Shown here: piece after piece, positions 49,274 through 61,895 of the stretch | Numbering within the stretch: the first letter of the stretch is position 1 | How the letters are laid out: every line of letters starts with the position of its first letter | NCBI GenBank assembly: GCA_963667845.2 | Contig: CAXXVL010000002.1 | Span: 672,001 to 736,000 of the forward strand | DNA length: 64,000 nt | DNA from: Smithellaceae bacterium | Lineage (GTDB): Bacteria > Desulfobacterota > Syntrophia > Syntrophales > Smithellaceae | Reading direction: 5' to 3' | Notes under the pieces: model-generated | The model's input: only the letters and a program-made list of their open reading frames with translations | What the model was told of the DNA's origin: nothing | The model's database searches: none | Translations under genes and position numbers: made by a program

Positions 49274-52200
49274 TTAGTTCAGGTTGACGGAAACAAGAGA
49301 TGATATCCCCTGCTTTTGCATGGTCACGCCAAAAAGTGTGTCTGCGACTTCCATCGTACTTTTATTATGAGTAATCATAATGACCTGGGATGATTCGGCA
49401 ACATCCCTGATCAGCCGGTTAAACAGGTTGGTGTTGGCGTCATCGAGCGCGGCATCGACCTCGTCCAAGATCAGGAATGGCGTCGGACGATACAGCAGAA
49501 TGGCAAAAATTAATGCGATCGCCGCGAGCGATTTTTCACCGCCGGACAACAGACTGACGCTCTGTGCCTTCTTGCCTGGAATCTGAATATCGATATCGAC
49601 GCCCGTTTCCAGCAGATCACTTTCATCAGTCAACAGAAGTTCGCCCCGGCCACCGGGGAAAATATGGGCGAAAGTTTTTTTGAAACATTCGTTCACTGCC
49701 GCAAAGGTTTCGGCAAACCTTTCGCGGGATATCTTATTAATGCGCGTAATTGTCCTTTGCAGGGAGGCCAGTGATTCATTCAAGTCGGCCAATTGCGTCG
49801 TCAAAAACTGATTGCGTTGATCCAATTCAGCATATTCATTCAGCGCCAGCAGATTCACTTCGCCAAAGTTTTCAATCGTTTGCTTATCTTTTTCCAGAAG
49901 GGCGGTGAGTTCAACGATTCTGTCATCGTCCACTCTTGTGAAATCCGTCATCATAACGGCCAGATCAACGTTATGCTTTTCAGCGACCGCGTTCTGCAGA
50001 TTTTCGATATTTAAAGCCGCTTCACGGCACTGCATTTCCAGCTCATGTGCTTGCCTCTGCAAATCATCCAGTTTCTTCTTGATTTCCCGGATCTCGCTTT
50101 CCTGGACTTTCAGCAGGTCGTCTTCGAGCACCCGCTTTTCCTTCACTTCGGTTAACACAGATTCGCAAGACGACAGATCCTGGTAGAGCGACTGCAGTGC
50201 TGTCTGCTCCGCTTCAATCGTGGCGGACAGTTCGGCTGCTTGTTTTTCACAAGCAACAATCTCTTCTCTTTTTCGTGCCGCTTCACTTTGATTGACGTCA
50301 ATATCATGTTGTAACCGTGTCACGGTTCTTAAATCCGCTTCTTTCTTTTCCGCCAGAGAAGCCAGCAAAACTTTCTTCTCCGTCAAACGTTTCTCCTGAG
50401 CATCAATGGCGGCTCTCGATTGCTGTCGGCGACTATTGAAGACAGAGATGATTTCGTTCAGTTCCTTTTCTGCCGCTTCTTTTTGGAAAAATTCCTCTTT
50501 TATCTCAATTAATTTCTGCTGGGCCTGGGCTTCTTCTGTTTTAATGTTCTGACGATTGTATTCTAGAACGGAAATCCTTTGCTTTAATCTTCCCGTTTCG
50601 TCTTCGAAGCGTTCGAGATCTTTTTTCCGTCCGTTGATTTCTATTTCCAGCCGATGAGACCTGTTTTTCAATCCGCTAAGCTCTTCATCCCACCGTGAAA
50701 TTGAGGAACCCAGTTTCTTTTTTTCCTGAATTTGATCCTCGAGTTCGATGGAAAGTCTTTTAACTTCCGTCTCCAGTTCGGAAATTTCTCTTTTTGTCGC
50801 CAGCAAGCTCTTTTCCACGGCCGATCCGCTGCCGCCGGTCAAGACACCGTGCGGGCTGATGGTGTCTCCGTCCGGTGTCACAAAAGTGCCCCGGAAACCA
50901 TTCTTTTTCCATAAATTAATGCCCGTTTCAATCGATGGAGTCAGTAAAACGTCCCCTAGGAGACAATCGGCAATCTTCTTAAATTCGTCTTGAACGACTA
51001 CCTTGCGTAGCAGCGGCTCTGCATCCTGAAGATGCTCGGCACCGTAAGTTTCGGCATAATTGCCACGCAATTCAACGGGAACAAAACTGCCTCGTCCCAA
51101 TTGAAAATTCTTCAAATAGTCGATGGCGCGTAAGCCTTCTTCCTGATTCTTCACAACAACATATTGCAGTTTATCGCCTAAAACCGCTTCCACCGCTGAT
51201 TCATATTCACGTGGAACGTTGATGTGATCGGCCACAACGCCGTAAAAAGTGTCCGGCTTTTCCTGAGTTTCAATGACTTTTTTCACTCCGTCATTGGACC
51301 ATTTAAAAGCAGCTTGAAATTCTGAGAGAGACTGCAGGCGAGATGATTTGCCCCCCGTATCTTCTTTGATTTGCATGATTCGTTCTTCAACGATTTGCAA
51401 ATCCGCCCTGGATCTTTCCAATTCATCGGCAGTCGCCTCTTTTTGATCGACAAGTCTTGAAATTTCTTCTTCTTCGGCCGCCAGGGCCGTAGTGAGTGAT
51501 TGCAATTTTTCCGTCAACTCGGACAATCTGCTTCTGTCTTGTTCAATTTCGCGGACTTCCCTCTCCTCGCGCTTTTTGAAATCGTCCATACTTTTGTTGA
51601 GGCTGGTTATGATATTGTTGAATTTGGCCAGATCCTGCATGACATCGATGTAATGGATCTTATGTTCTTCAAGCCGGGAGTTAATTTCCCGATCGCCTTC
51701 CAAGAGCCCCTGAACCTCCCGCTGTCCTTCATCCAATTCCGTTTGGTGCTGGGCCATCTGGTCATAAGAATCCTGCGCTTTTTTCTGTAGATTATCGACC
51801 TCAATAATCAGACCGGACTTCTTGTGCTCCATTGAGTCTATCTCAGTCTGATTCGCTTCTTTACGCTCCGATGCTTCCGTCATCCTGCGGCGCGAAAAAT
51901 CAATATTCTTTTCCTTAATGTTAATTGAATTCTTGATTTCGTACAGCTGAGTTTGATGGCCGTTGATCAGCTCATCGTTTTCCAGAAGCTTCGCTTTAAT
52001 TTCTTCCAGAGCCGATTCCTTCGCCTGCATTTGAGCTTTGACGGTTTCCGCCTGCTCAGAGGACTTTGCTCGGGCGTCTTGCAACGCGGCGTTTCTTTCG
52101 GACAACTTGGCAAAGCCCTGCTGCGATAAGACGAGTTCCGTATCTTTAATCCGCAGTTTTATTTCTTTGTATTGTTCAGCCTTTTTAGCCTGTCTAGCGA

Positions 52201-52822
52201 TTGCTCCCAGTTGGGATTTGACTTCTTTGTGGATATCATTGAGGCGTAAAATATTTTGCTTGGTCGCCTCCATCTTGCGAACTGCGGCTTCTTTGCGACT
52301 TTTATACTTGGAGACGCCGGCGGCATCTTCGATGTATAAGCGCCGGTCCTCCGGTTTGGCTTCCACCAAAGAGGACACGGAGCCCTGCTCAACCAGTGAA
52401 TACGTCCGGGCACCGACACCCGTGCCCATAAAGAATTCTTTGATGTCCAGCAAACGGCACGGCACGCGATTAATGCAGTACTCGCTTTCACCGTCGAGAA
52501 CAACCTTTCGAGAAATGGAAACTTCCGTCAGTTCTCCGTAAACACCCGGAAAACTCGATCCGTTACTTGACAGCGTCATAACTACTTCCGCCATGCTCAC
52601 GGGAGCAGCGTCTTCACTGCCGTTAAAGACGACGTCATCCATTTTCTTGCCGCGTAATGCTTTAACGCGTTGCTCGCCCATTACCCAGCGGATAGCATCA
52701 ACGACGTTTGATTTTCCACATCCGTTAGGCCCGACAATCGCATTGACGCCTTTCGAAAAATCAATAATGATCTTGTCGCGGAAAGATTTGAAACCAGATA
52801 TTTCCAATCGTTTTAGTTTCAT
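49274..52822 (-). CDS. smc: Chromosome segregation protein SMC
   Basis: GFKSF, GPNGCGKSN, coiled coils, hinge, LSGGEK, LDEVDAALD. Confidence 0.97.
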   Translation of the reverse strand: MKLKRLEISGFKSFRDKIIIDFSKGVNAIVGPNGCGKSNVVDAIRWVMGEQRVKALRGKKMDDVVFNGSEDAAPVSMAEVVMTLSSNGSSFPGVYGELTEVSISRKVVLDGESEYCINRVPCRLLDIKEFFMGTGVGARTYSLVEQGSVSSLVEAKPEDRRLYIEDAAGVSKYKSRKEAAVRKMEATKQNILRLNDIHKEVKSQLGAIARQAKKAEQYKEIKLRIKDTELVLSQQGFAKLSERNAALQDARAKSSEQAETVKAQMQAKESALEEIKAKLLENDELINGHQTQLYEIKNSINIKEKNIDFSRRRMTEASERKEANQTEIDSMEHKKSGLIIEVDNLQKKAQDSYDQMAQHQTELDEGQREVQGLLEGDREINSRLEEHKIHYIDVMQDLAKFNNIITSLNKSMDDFKKREEREVREIEQDRSRLSELTEKLQSLTTALAAEEEEISRLVDQKEATADELERSRADLQIVEERIMQIKEDTGGKSSRLQSLSEFQAAFKWSNDGVKKVIETQEKPDTFYGVVADHINVPREYESAVEAVLGDKLQYVVVKNQEEGLRAIDYLKNFQLGRGSFVPVELRGNYAETYGAEHLQDAEPLLRKVVVQDEFKKIADCLLGDVLLTPSIETGINLWKKNGFRGTFVTPDGDTISPHGVLTGGSGSAVEKSLLATKREISELETEVKRLSIELEDQIQEKKKLGSSISRWDEELSGLKNRSHRLEIEINGRKKDLERFEDETGRLKQRISVLEYNRQNIKTEEAQAQQKLIEIKEEFFQKEAAEKELNEIISVFNSRRQQSRAAIDAQEKRLTEKKVLLASLAEKKEADLRTVTRLQHDIDVNQSEAARKREEIVACEKQAAELSATIEAEQTALQSLYQDLSSCESVLTEVKEKRVLEDDLLKVQESEIREIKKKLDDLQRQAHELEMQCREAALNIENLQNAVAEKHNVDLAVMMTDFTRVDDDRIVELTALLEKDKQTIENFGEVNLLALNEYAELDQRNQFLTTQLADLNESLASLQRTITRINKISRERFAETFAAVNECFKKTFAHIFPGGRGELLLTDESDLLETGVDIDIQIPGKKAQSVSLLSGGEKSLAAIALIFAILLYRPTPFLILDEVDAALDDANTNLFNRLIRDVAESSQVIMITHNKSTMEVADTLFGVTMQKQGISSLVSVNLN

Positions 52823-52857
52823 AACGCATCTTTAATCTAGGTGCTAAATTTTAGCAA

Positions 52858-52886
52858 AGCCTAACAAAAGACATTTCCTTTGTAAA
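52858..52886 (-). promoter_or_regulatory. sigma70 promoter for smc
   Basis: Minus strand TTTACA-N17-TAGGCT with extended TGn. Confidence 0.6.
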
Positions 52887-52892
52887 GCAAAA

Positions 52893-52940
52893 ATACAATA
52901 AAATGTATTCATGAAATAATTGTACCACAATATATAGTGT
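52893..52940. promoter_or_regulatory. Tandem NrdR-box-like palindromes
   Basis: ATACAATAAAATGTAT (52893-52908) and CCACAATATATAGTGT (52925-52940), starts 32 bp apart. Confidence 0.65.
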
Positions 52941-53255
52941 TTTTTAATATTTGGCCAGAAAGAAATTTTTTGGCTATTCGGTGAAGAAATAGACAAATTG
53001 TTGAATTAAATTTGATCATTTTTAAAACTCTTGGAAAGAGCTCTTGTGATCGTGAACCTCCAAAATGATACAAGATTATTTCACGTTCAATTTTTTTGAA
53101 TAATTTACATCAATTATGTATCAATGAGACTACCTTGCATTTTCTTGACTCGAGCGAATTGTCGATTTCAAATACGAAAACAAAGGAGTGGACGGTTAAT
53201 TTGAGGCTTAGATTAATAAACATTCTGAAATATACTGAGAATAGGTCCGAAAAAG

Positions 53256-54029
53256 TCAATCACCTTCCCGCAGCATACTGCGAACAGCGTCTGGCGTTGC
53301 GGCTTGAGTCTTGGCGTCCAATTCAAAGGAATTCAGGAGCGGATTCTGAACCGTTCGATAAGAATATCTCATGGGAACAGCCATTCCGACAAAGGCACCC
53401 AGCGGATTTTTCTTCATTGGAAGAAGTTCTTCAAATTCGGAACACCATTTGTAAAGCGACGTTGGAAGATAGATAACGGATCCCCAGGTAATAGATGTAT
53501 TCATGGCTTGATTGATTATGGATTTCATTTCGCCGATGGAGAAGAAGCGTACTTGGGAAAGGATGGGAAAACCAAAGAGTTTCCGAACAGATTGTTTTGT
53601 TCCAATTAGAGTATGTTTATTAAAAAATCCGACAAAAATTCGATTGCGACAAACCCGAATCGCCTCTGCAATGACTTTTTGATGGTCATGAAAGGTCTGA
53701 ATGCTTGTGATTAATGTGACAATATCAAATTCATTATCTGAAAATGGAAGATCTGTAGCTTCACCTAGAATAAATTCGCATTGGGGACCCACTTTTTGTC
53801 GCGCCAGCTCCAAGGCATCCTTGGATGCATCAATACCTGCAAGAATGCATTTCTTCTTCTGAAAAAGGTATAAGTTGTCACCCGTACCGCAGCCGACATC
53901 CAGAAGTGATTCACCGGCAACGGGAGATACGAGATCCATGATAAGCTTTTCTTGCCTGGAGTATATGTATCGGCCCACTTCCGTAGCCAGCCACTGGTCT
54001 CTGGACGCGGCCCTTATCGTATTCGGCAT
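53256..54029 (-). CDS. Class I SAM-dependent methyltransferase
   Basis: LLDVGCGTG, GIDAS, LPF.D.EFD, EA.RV. Confidence 0.88.
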   Translation of the reverse strand: MPNTIRAASRDQWLATEVGRYIYSRQEKLIMDLVSPVAGESLLDVGCGTGDNLYLFQKKKCILAGIDASKDALELARQKVGPQCEFILGEATDLPFSDNEFDIVTLITSIQTFHDHQKVIAEAIRVCRNRIFVGFFNKHTLIGTKQSVRKLFGFPILSQVRFFSIGEMKSIINQAMNTSITWGSVIYLPTSLYKWCSEFEELLPMKKNPLGAFVGMAVPMRYSYRTVQNPLLNSFELDAKTQAATPDAVRSMLREGD

Positions 54030-54160
54030 AAAACTAGTACCTCATTAAATACGTCAATTCGTCGAGAACTGGTCTACAATCCTCAGAAGCAGATACCGGC
54101 CTTATCACAATTGTAAATTTATTATACTTAGGTATTCCGATTATTGCATCAACAAAATTA

Positions 54161-55153
54161 TCAGCCACCAATATCGGACATATCGCGGAGGCATTTTTTC
54201 AGATGCCTGTCAGTGCAATCCAAATCGTGTTTTTCCGGTTTGAGTAAAATCGCCTGACGGATAAGGGCAGCCAGTTCGGCATCATCACAATGGCGGCGAA
54301 TCGCCTCATGCAAATCAATTTCTGTGTCCTTTAGAAGACAGGCGCGTAATTTACCGTCCGCCGTCAGACGCAAACGGTTGCATGTTGAACAAAAATGATC
54401 GCTTACAGGATTAATGAAACCGATTTCGCCTAAACCACCTTTAATTTTATACAGCTTGGCAGGGCCGTCCGATTTACTCTTCTTTCCTGCCAAGGGTTCA
54501 AGTTTGAAATGATTTCGAATTATATTAAACAGAACGTCTGCAGACAGAAAGTCTTTCGGTTGACTGGCATTGACGTCGCTGATGGGCATGATTTCAATAA
54601 AGCGAATCTGAAAAGGTTTGGTGACCGCTAATTGAGCAAAATCGAGAACTTCATTATCATTAAAACCATTCATCACAACAACATTAATCTTTATCGGACG
54701 AAACCCGACTTTTTCCGCCGCCGCGATGCCTCGAAATACATCATCAAGATTCCCGCCCCTGGTAATTTGGGCGTATTTATCTTTATTTAGAGAATCAAGG
54801 CTGATATTGATCCTCGTGATTCCGGCCTCATAAATAGCTGCAGCATATTGATCGAGAAGAATGCCATTTGTCGTTAAACTGATGTCCTGAAGACCTTGAA
54901 TCTTTCTCAGATCACGTGCAAACTCGACAAAACCTCGTCGAGCAAGCGGTTCGCCACCCGTCAGACGAACTTTGATCATGCCCATTTTAACTGCCTGGGA
55001 AACGATACGAATAATATCTTCATAGCGCAGAATATCATCGTGGCCTTTCAGTGAAATTCCTTCCTTTGGCCGGCAATACACACAACGCAGATTACATCTG
55101 TCTGTTATAGAAACCCGTAGATAATTAATCTCTCTGTCGAACTTATCCAGCAT
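54161..55153 (-). CDS. moaA: GTP 3',8-cyclase (molybdenum cofactor biosynthesis)
   Basis: YLRVSITDRCNLRCVYC, TGGEP, FC..CNRLR, C-terminal IGG. Confidence 0.96.
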   Translation of the reverse strand: MLDKFDREINYLRVSITDRCNLRCVYCRPKEGISLKGHDDILRYEDIIRIVSQAVKMGMIKVRLTGGEPLARRGFVEFARDLRKIQGLQDISLTTNGILLDQYAAAIYEAGITRINISLDSLNKDKYAQITRGGNLDDVFRGIAAAEKVGFRPIKINVVVMNGFNDNEVLDFAQLAVTKPFQIRFIEIMPISDVNASQPKDFLSADVLFNIIRNHFKLEPLAGKKSKSDGPAKLYKIKGGLGEIGFINPVSDHFCSTCNRLRLTADGKLRACLLKDTEIDLHEAIRRHCDDAELAALIRQAILLKPEKHDLDCTDRHLKKCLRDMSDIGG

Positions 55154-55399
55154 TTGTTTGTTTTGAATGCTCCTCTATAGAGTATGACTGTCGTTCAATA
55201 ACATAAACCTATCGACAAAACAACTTTCTCATTTCTTTTCGCCGAAGTTTCGTATATTATTGAAAATATACTCGAAACAAAAAGTAAATGTTCCTTGACA
55301 CGGCGCTCTTTCTCGTTTAAACAAAAACAAAGTGAGATCCTGCCTGTTGTTGAACAAATAAGATCACGTCAGAGCAAGGCAAAATAATCTGGAGTTCTA

Positions 55400-55873
55400 A
55401 TGGACAAGGTACCTATTACTAAAGAGGGTTTCGATAAATTGAAGAAGGAATTGGAAACAATTAAAAATGTATCCATTCCAGAAAACGTCCGAGACATTGA
55501 GATCGCTCGTGCTCATGGAGATCTTTCGGAAAACGCGGAGTATGCAGCAGCAAAAGAGCGGCAATCTTACTTATACGGTAAATCACAAGAATTGGAAAAC
55601 AATCTGGCTTGCTCCAATATCATAACTTTAACGGGCAAAATAAGCGGCAAAGTCGTTTTCGGTTGTTTCGTTACGATAGTCGATAGTGATAATGGGGAAG
55701 AAATTAAATATCAACTGGTCGGCCCTTTTGAATCGGATATCAACGTAAATAAAATTTCCGTAACATCACCAATCGGAAAAGCGTTGATCGGGAAAAGCAT
55801 TGATAATGAAATAATTGTCAAGGCGCCTGGCGGAACACGCAATTTTCAGATTGTTGATATTTCCGTCGAATAA
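55400..55873 (+). CDS. greA: Transcription elongation factor
   Basis: ARAHGDLSENAEY, IS.TSPIGKALIGK, APGG. Confidence 0.95.
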   Translation: MDKVPITKEGFDKLKKELETIKNVSIPENVRDIEIARAHGDLSENAEYAAAKERQSYLYGKSQELENNLACSNIITLTGKISGKVVFGCFVTIVDSDNGEEIKYQLVGPFESDINVNKISVTSPIGKALIGKSIDNEIIVKAPGGTRNFQIVDISVE

Positions 55874-55886
55874 CAAATAGATAATC

Positions 55887-55924
55887 AAAAAAAGGGGAAC
55901 TCAGTTAGTTGAGTTCCCCTTTTT
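55887..55924. terminator. Bidirectional terminator between convergent greA and atpC
   Basis: AAAAAAAGGGGAACTCA-GTTAGT-TGAGTTCCCCTTTTT. Confidence 0.85.
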
Positions 55925-55944
55925 AAATTCTATTTTCAAGATAT

Positions 55945-56361
55945 TTAACTTTGCAGCGATTTATCGGCAACACTAATTCTGTTAATCGCCCTGGCTAGAG
56001 CCAATCGCATCTTTTCGAAATCATCATGGTCCTTGCTCAGTTGCGCCAAACTGGCAGCTGCCTTTTCTTTCGCCCTGGTAGCCCGATCCTTATCAATAGC
56101 ATCGGCTCTTTCAGCAGTTTCTATCAGGACCGTTATCTTGGTTCCCGTGATTTCCGCATAACCTGTATTGACGGCATAATGAGTTCTTTTGCCCCCCGCA
56201 AGAATGTAAAGCTCTCCAATATCAACAGAGGTTAGGAAAGGCTCATGACCTCGTAAAACCCCGAATTCACCCTCTGTTCCCGGGATCGTTACTTCATCAA
56301 CTTTTCCGGAAAAGACCATTTTTTCCGGTGTTACCACTTCAAGAGTTATTTCTTCCGACAT
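55945..56361 (-). CDS. atpC: ATP synthase F1 epsilon
   Basis: LEVVTPE, PG.EGEFGVL.GH, ID..RA. Confidence 0.95.
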   Translation of the reverse strand: MSEEITLEVVTPEKMVFSGKVDEVTIPGTEGEFGVLRGHEPFLTSVDIGELYILAGGKRTHYAVNTGYAEITGTKITVLIETAERADAIDKDRATRAKEKAAASLAQLSKDHDDFEKMRLALARAINRISVADKSLQS

Positions 56362-56376
56362 TGAAATCCTCGCTGA

Positions 56377-57843
<1,467 letters not shown>

Positions 57844-58719
57844 TTAGCCTTTCGACAGAGCTTCGGTACCACCAACGATGTCCATCAACTCTGCCGTAAT
57901 TGCCGCCTGTCTTGCTTTATTCATTTTTAAGGTCAGCGTACTGATCAGTTCTTCGCAATTGCTGGTTGCGTTATCCATAGAGGCCATCCGCGCACCATTT
58001 TCGCCGGCTGATGTTTCCAGAAGGGCGCGATAAACCAAAACGTGAACGTACATCGGCAGCAATTTATGCAATAATATCTCATCCGACGGTTCATAAACGT
58101 AGTCAAGCCTTTTGTCAGAATCTATCTCGGCGTCCTGGCCAATTGCGGGCAAGGGAAACAAGCGGACAACCGTCGGCTTTTGGACGGAAACATTGACAAA
58201 CTGATTATAGATTAAATACAGTTCATCATATTCTTCCTTTATAAAGGGGGTAATGACTTCGTCAGCAATGGATACGGCCAATGTCATGTCGAATTTACTT
58301 AAGAGATCAACTTTTTGTGCAATAATATTTGCTTTTTTTCTGAAAAAATCTCTGCCTTTGCGGCCAACGCTAACGAGAGAAATGTCTTTACCTTCTTTTC
58401 CTTTATCCCGTAAAAATCTTTCAGTGGCTTTAATCAGATTTGTATTGAATCCACCGCAAAGCCCCCGGTCCGACGTCATACAAATAACTCTGATCTTCTT
58501 GGGATCGCGCACGGCCAAAAGCGGGTGCGTTGTGGTATCCACACGAAGGGCTAAACTGTTAAGAACATCCATGAATTTTCCGGCGTAGGGCCGAAAATTT
58601 TCCATCTTCACCTGCGCCGATTTAAATTTAGATGCGGCAACCATGTTCATGGCGCGCGTAATCTGCTTGGTCTTTTGAACGGCGCTTACTTTTCTTTTTA
58701 TGTCTTTAAGCGAGGCCAC
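57844..58719 (-). CDS. atpG: ATP synthase F1 gamma
   Basis: ITRAM.MVAA, DRGLCG.FN, RQAAIT.EL. Confidence 0.97.
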   Translation of the reverse strand: MASLKDIKRKVSAVQKTKQITRAMNMVAASKFKSAQVKMENFRPYAGKFMDVLNSLALRVDTTTHPLLAVRDPKKIRVICMTSDRGLCGGFNTNLIKATERFLRDKGKEGKDISLVSVGRKGRDFFRKKANIIAQKVDLLSKFDMTLAVSIADEVITPFIKEEYDELYLIYNQFVNVSVQKPTVVRLFPLPAIGQDAEIDSDKRLDYVYEPSDEILLHKLLPMYVHVLVYRALLETSAGENGARMASMDNATSNCEELISTLTLKMNKARQAAITAELMDIVGGTEALSKG

Positions 58720-58813
58720 CGAAAATTCTCCTCAACTATTTATTTTAAACTTTACTACCGTGTTCCTGTTGCCAGGATTTCACTACGAAATTCAGTTTTA
58801 ATTTTATTACAGT

Positions 58814-60328
58814 CTATTCCGCTACAAAAACGGAGTCGAATGCCGTCAGAGCATCCTTCATCTTCTTTTCCAGCTCAGGAGAGATGACTTTCTTGTCTTC
58901 TACTTCCTTCAAAATATCAGGATGCTTGCTTTCAATAAAACCCAACAACTGTTTTTCATAAATCTGGACTTTATCAACATCGATTTTATCAATGAAACCC
59001 CGCGTTCCTGCAAATAGTACGACAATTTCCTGTCCCAGAGACATCGGCTGGTATTGCGGTTGTTTAAGCAACTCAACCAGACGGACACCGCGATCCAACT
59101 GCGCCTGTGTGGATTTGTCCAGATCGGAACCGAATTGGGCAAATGCCGCCAGTTCTCGGAACTGGGCCAAATCAAGTTTCAACGTGCCGGCAACCTGTTT
59201 CATCGCCTTCACTTGGGCAGCACCGCCGACGCGGGACACGGACAAACCGACGTTGATAGCCGGGCGGATACCGGAGAAGAACGAACTCGGTTCCAGATAA
59301 ACCTGGCCGTCTGTAATCGAAATAACGTTTGTCGGAATGTAGGCCGATACGTCGCCTGCCTGGGTTTCGATAATCGGCAGAGCTGTAAGCGATCCACCGC
59401 CTAACTCCTGACTAACGCGCGCTGAACGTTCCAGCAGACGGGAGTGATTATAAAAGATGTCGCCGGGATAAGCTTCACGCCCGGGAGGACGACGCAGGAG
59501 CAGTGAAATCTGACGATAGGCAACAGCCTGTTTTGACAAGTCATCGTAAACGATCAATGCATCCTGGCCTCTGTCACGGAAATATTCACCAATACTGCAA
59601 CCGGCGTAAGCCGCAATATATTGAAGCGTTGCCGGGTCGGACGCGCAACCGGCAACGATGCATGTGTAAGACATCGCGTCATGCTGCCTTAATTTTTCCA
59701 CAACCTGCGCCACGGTTGATTTCTTCTGGCCGATGGCGACATAGATACATTTGACTCCGGTATCTTTCTGGCGGATGATTGCATCGATACAGATAGCCGT
59801 TTTACCAATTTGGCGGTCACCAATAATAAGTTCACGCTGACCGCGTCCGATCGGTGTCATGGCGTCAATCGCCTTGAGGCCGGTGTACATCGGTTGATTA
59901 ACGGGTTGGCGTGCAATAACACCGGGAGCAACCATTTCAATACGGCGAAACTCATTGGAATCGATGGGTCCCTTTCCGTCCAACGGCGCTCCCGTCGCGT
60001 CAATGACACGGCCGAGCAGCCCTTCGCCCACCGGAACCTGCGCGATTTTACCGGTTCTTTTAACGATATCGCCTTCCTTGATATGGGTAACCTCACCGAG
60101 AACGGCAACACCGACGTTATCTGCTTCGAGGTTGAGAACCATGCCCAGGATACCGCCGGGGAATTCGAGAAGCTCCATGACCATTGCGTTTTGCACACCG
60201 TAAACTCTGGCGATGCCGTCACCGACGGACAGGACTGTTCCCGTTTCGCTTATATCCAGCTTTTTTTCATAGCTTTTAATTTGCTCAGAAATAATTTGAC
60301 TGATTTCTTCCGCCTTGATTGCTTCCAT
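58814..60328 (-). CDS. atpA: ATP synthase F1 alpha
   Basis: [24 protein letters not shown]. Confidence 0.98.
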   Translation of the reverse strand: MEAIKAEEISQIISEQIKSYEKKLDISETGTVLSVGDGIARVYGVQNAMVMELLEFPGGILGMVLNLEADNVGVAVLGEVTHIKEGDIVKRTGKIAQVPVGEGLLGRVIDATGAPLDGKGPIDSNEFRRIEMVAPGVIARQPVNQPMYTGLKAIDAMTPIGRGQRELIIGDRQIGKTAICIDAIIRQKDTGVKCIYVAIGQKKSTVAQVVEKLRQHDAMSYTCIVAGCASDPATLQYIAAYAGCSIGEYFRDRGQDALIVYDDLSKQAVAYRQISLLLRRPPGREAYPGDIFYNHSRLLERSARVSQELGGGSLTALPIIETQAGDVSAYIPTNVISITDGQVYLEPSSFFSGIRPAINVGLSVSRVGGAAQVKAMKQVAGTLKLDLAQFRELAAFAQFGSDLDKSTQAQLDRGVRLVELLKQPQYQPMSLGQEIVVLFAGTRGFIDKIDVDKVQIYEKQLLGFIESKHPDILKEVEDKKVISPELEKKMKDALTAFDSVFVAE

Positions 60329-60331
60329 GTC

Positions 60332-60874
60332 TTATCTTGCCTCCCCTAAGAGATTCCTCATATTATTCAATTGGTTTTTGATGCTGCCGTCATAAAGCGT
60401 ATCACCAACACCAATGACTATGCCACCCAAAAGGCCTTTGTCATCTGCTACCGTAACTTCGACATCGCGACCCGTCATCTTTTTCAAGCTGGACGTAATG
60501 TATGCCTGCATGTCACCAGACAGAGGAAAGGCAGTCGTCAGGGTCACTCTAACCTTCTGAAGCGTCTCATCCATCAGCTGCCTGTAACAGGCTTCGATAT
60601 CCGGCAGGACAGCAATTCTTTTCTTATCGATCAGTAAACGCAAGAAATTGATTGTCATTTTAGAGAGCGAAAGCTTGCCGATGATCTTTTCCAGAACTTT
60701 TTGTTTCGTGTCCTGTTCAAAAACGGGATTGGCTAAAAAGCCACCCAGATCCTTATTCTCCGCAACTATTGAAGAAAACTGTCTGAGTTCGTTATAGTAT
60801 TGCTCCAGCTTTTTTTCTTCCCCGGCAATTTCAAAAAATGCGCGAGCATATCGTTTTGAAATATTGCTGATCAA
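60332..60874 (-). CDS. atpH: ATP synthase delta
   Basis: RYARA, LLGG, DGS; operon position. Confidence 0.93.
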   Translation of the reverse strand: MISNISKRYARAFFEIAGEEKKLEQYYNELRQFSSIVAENKDLGGFLANPVFEQDTKQKVLEKIIGKLSLSKMTINFLRLLIDKKRIAVLPDIEACYRQLMDETLQKVRVTLTTAFPLSGDMQAYITSSLKKMTGRDVEVTVADDKGLLGGIVIGVGDTLYDGSIKNQLNNMRNLLGEAR

Positions 60875-61464
60875 TGTTTATTCACCACCTTATCCATATA
60901 TTCCTTGACCATGGTTTCATGATCTTGTGCTGTAATATTTTTCTTCAATATTTCTTCCGCCATTTGCACAGAAAGAGCCACCGCTTCACTGCGCAGCTGA
61001 CCGGATGCTTTTTGCAGCTCCTGTTCCAGGCGCGCCTGGGCGTCTTCTTTCATCTTCTGAGCAACTTTATTGGCATCTTCAATAATTTTCTGTTTTTCGA
61101 CAACACCTTGGGCCTTGATCATCTCAAAAATTCCGTCGATTTCGAGAGAAGCCTTGTCGATCTTTTCCGCATACTCTCTGTATTGTTTCTCGGCATCCGC
61201 TTTTTGAATGGCCGTAGTCTCCAGAGACTCCTTAATTTCTTGACGCCGACCGGAGAAAAAATCTTTAATTTTAGGGGCCAGCATCCAAACCAGCAAGCCA
61301 ATGATAATAGCCGCATTTAAGGTTTTAAAAGCAAAACCCTTCCATAGGGAGGAATCTTCGCCCTCTCCGCCACCAGACGCATAAACCATGCATACTGAAA
61401 ACAAAACGATAAGCAGGGAAAAAAGCAGCGAATAATAATATGTTGATCGGCGTGAGGATTTCAT
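60871..61464 (-). CDS. atpF: ATP synthase F0 subunit b
   Basis: N-terminal hydrophobic segments, R...I motif, coiled coil; operon position. Confidence 0.9.
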   Translation of the reverse strand: MKSSRRSTYYYSLLFSLLIVLFSVCMVYASGGGEGEDSSLWKGFAFKTLNAAIIIGLLVWMLAPKIKDFFSGRRQEIKESLETTAIQKADAEKQYREYAEKIDKASLEIDGIFEMIKAQGVVEKQKIIEDANKVAQKMKEDAQARLEQELQKASGQLRSEAVALSVQMAEEILKKNITAQDHETMVKEYMDKVVNKH

Positions 61465-61895
61465 TGTACTCTCCTTCCCAGAACTTTTTCTGCAATTTCC
61501 AAGGAGAGCTGACGAGATTGAGTATTCAGTATTTGCCTCGCCGCCTGCATTTCCTGATCCATCTTTTTTTGAGATTCCTGAGCCATCAGGGGTATCTCAT
61601 TGCGGACAGCATCCACGATGCTCTTGGCCTGTTTTGAGCCTTCCGCGATAATCTCTTTCTTCAATTCGGACGCACCGGCCTTTGCTTTACCGAGTTTTTC
61701 TTCATACTCAGTAGCCTTTTTAGTAACGGACTCCTTGAAGAGCTTGATCTCGTTTTCAAGTTCATCCAATTGCTTTTTCCGGCGGTCGATAATGGACAAA
61801 ATGGGTTTGTAAAGAAGATAATTGAGGATAAACACTAAGGCTATAAAAGTAGCCATCTGAACGAAAAGCGTCAAATCTGGAATTACGGTAACCAC
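61461..61895 (-). CDS. ATP synthase F0 subunit b'
   Basis: Single TM then LLYKPI...R; GTG 61895 after GAGG. Confidence 0.88.
   Translation of the reverse strand: MVTVIPDLTLFVQMATFIALVFILNYLLYKPILSIIDRRKKQLDELENEIKLFKESVTKKATEYEEKLGKAKAGASELKKEIIAEGSKQAKSIVDAVRNEIPLMAQESQKKMDQEMQAARQILNTQSRQLSLEIAEKVLGRRVQ

Noticed and set aside
53096..53476. 126-aa plus-strand ORF
   Set aside because: Overlaps the methyltransferase antisense, TTG start with no clear RBS, no motifs
55154..55399. Moco riboswitch before moaA
   Set aside because: AT-rich spacer with no recognisable multi-stem motif
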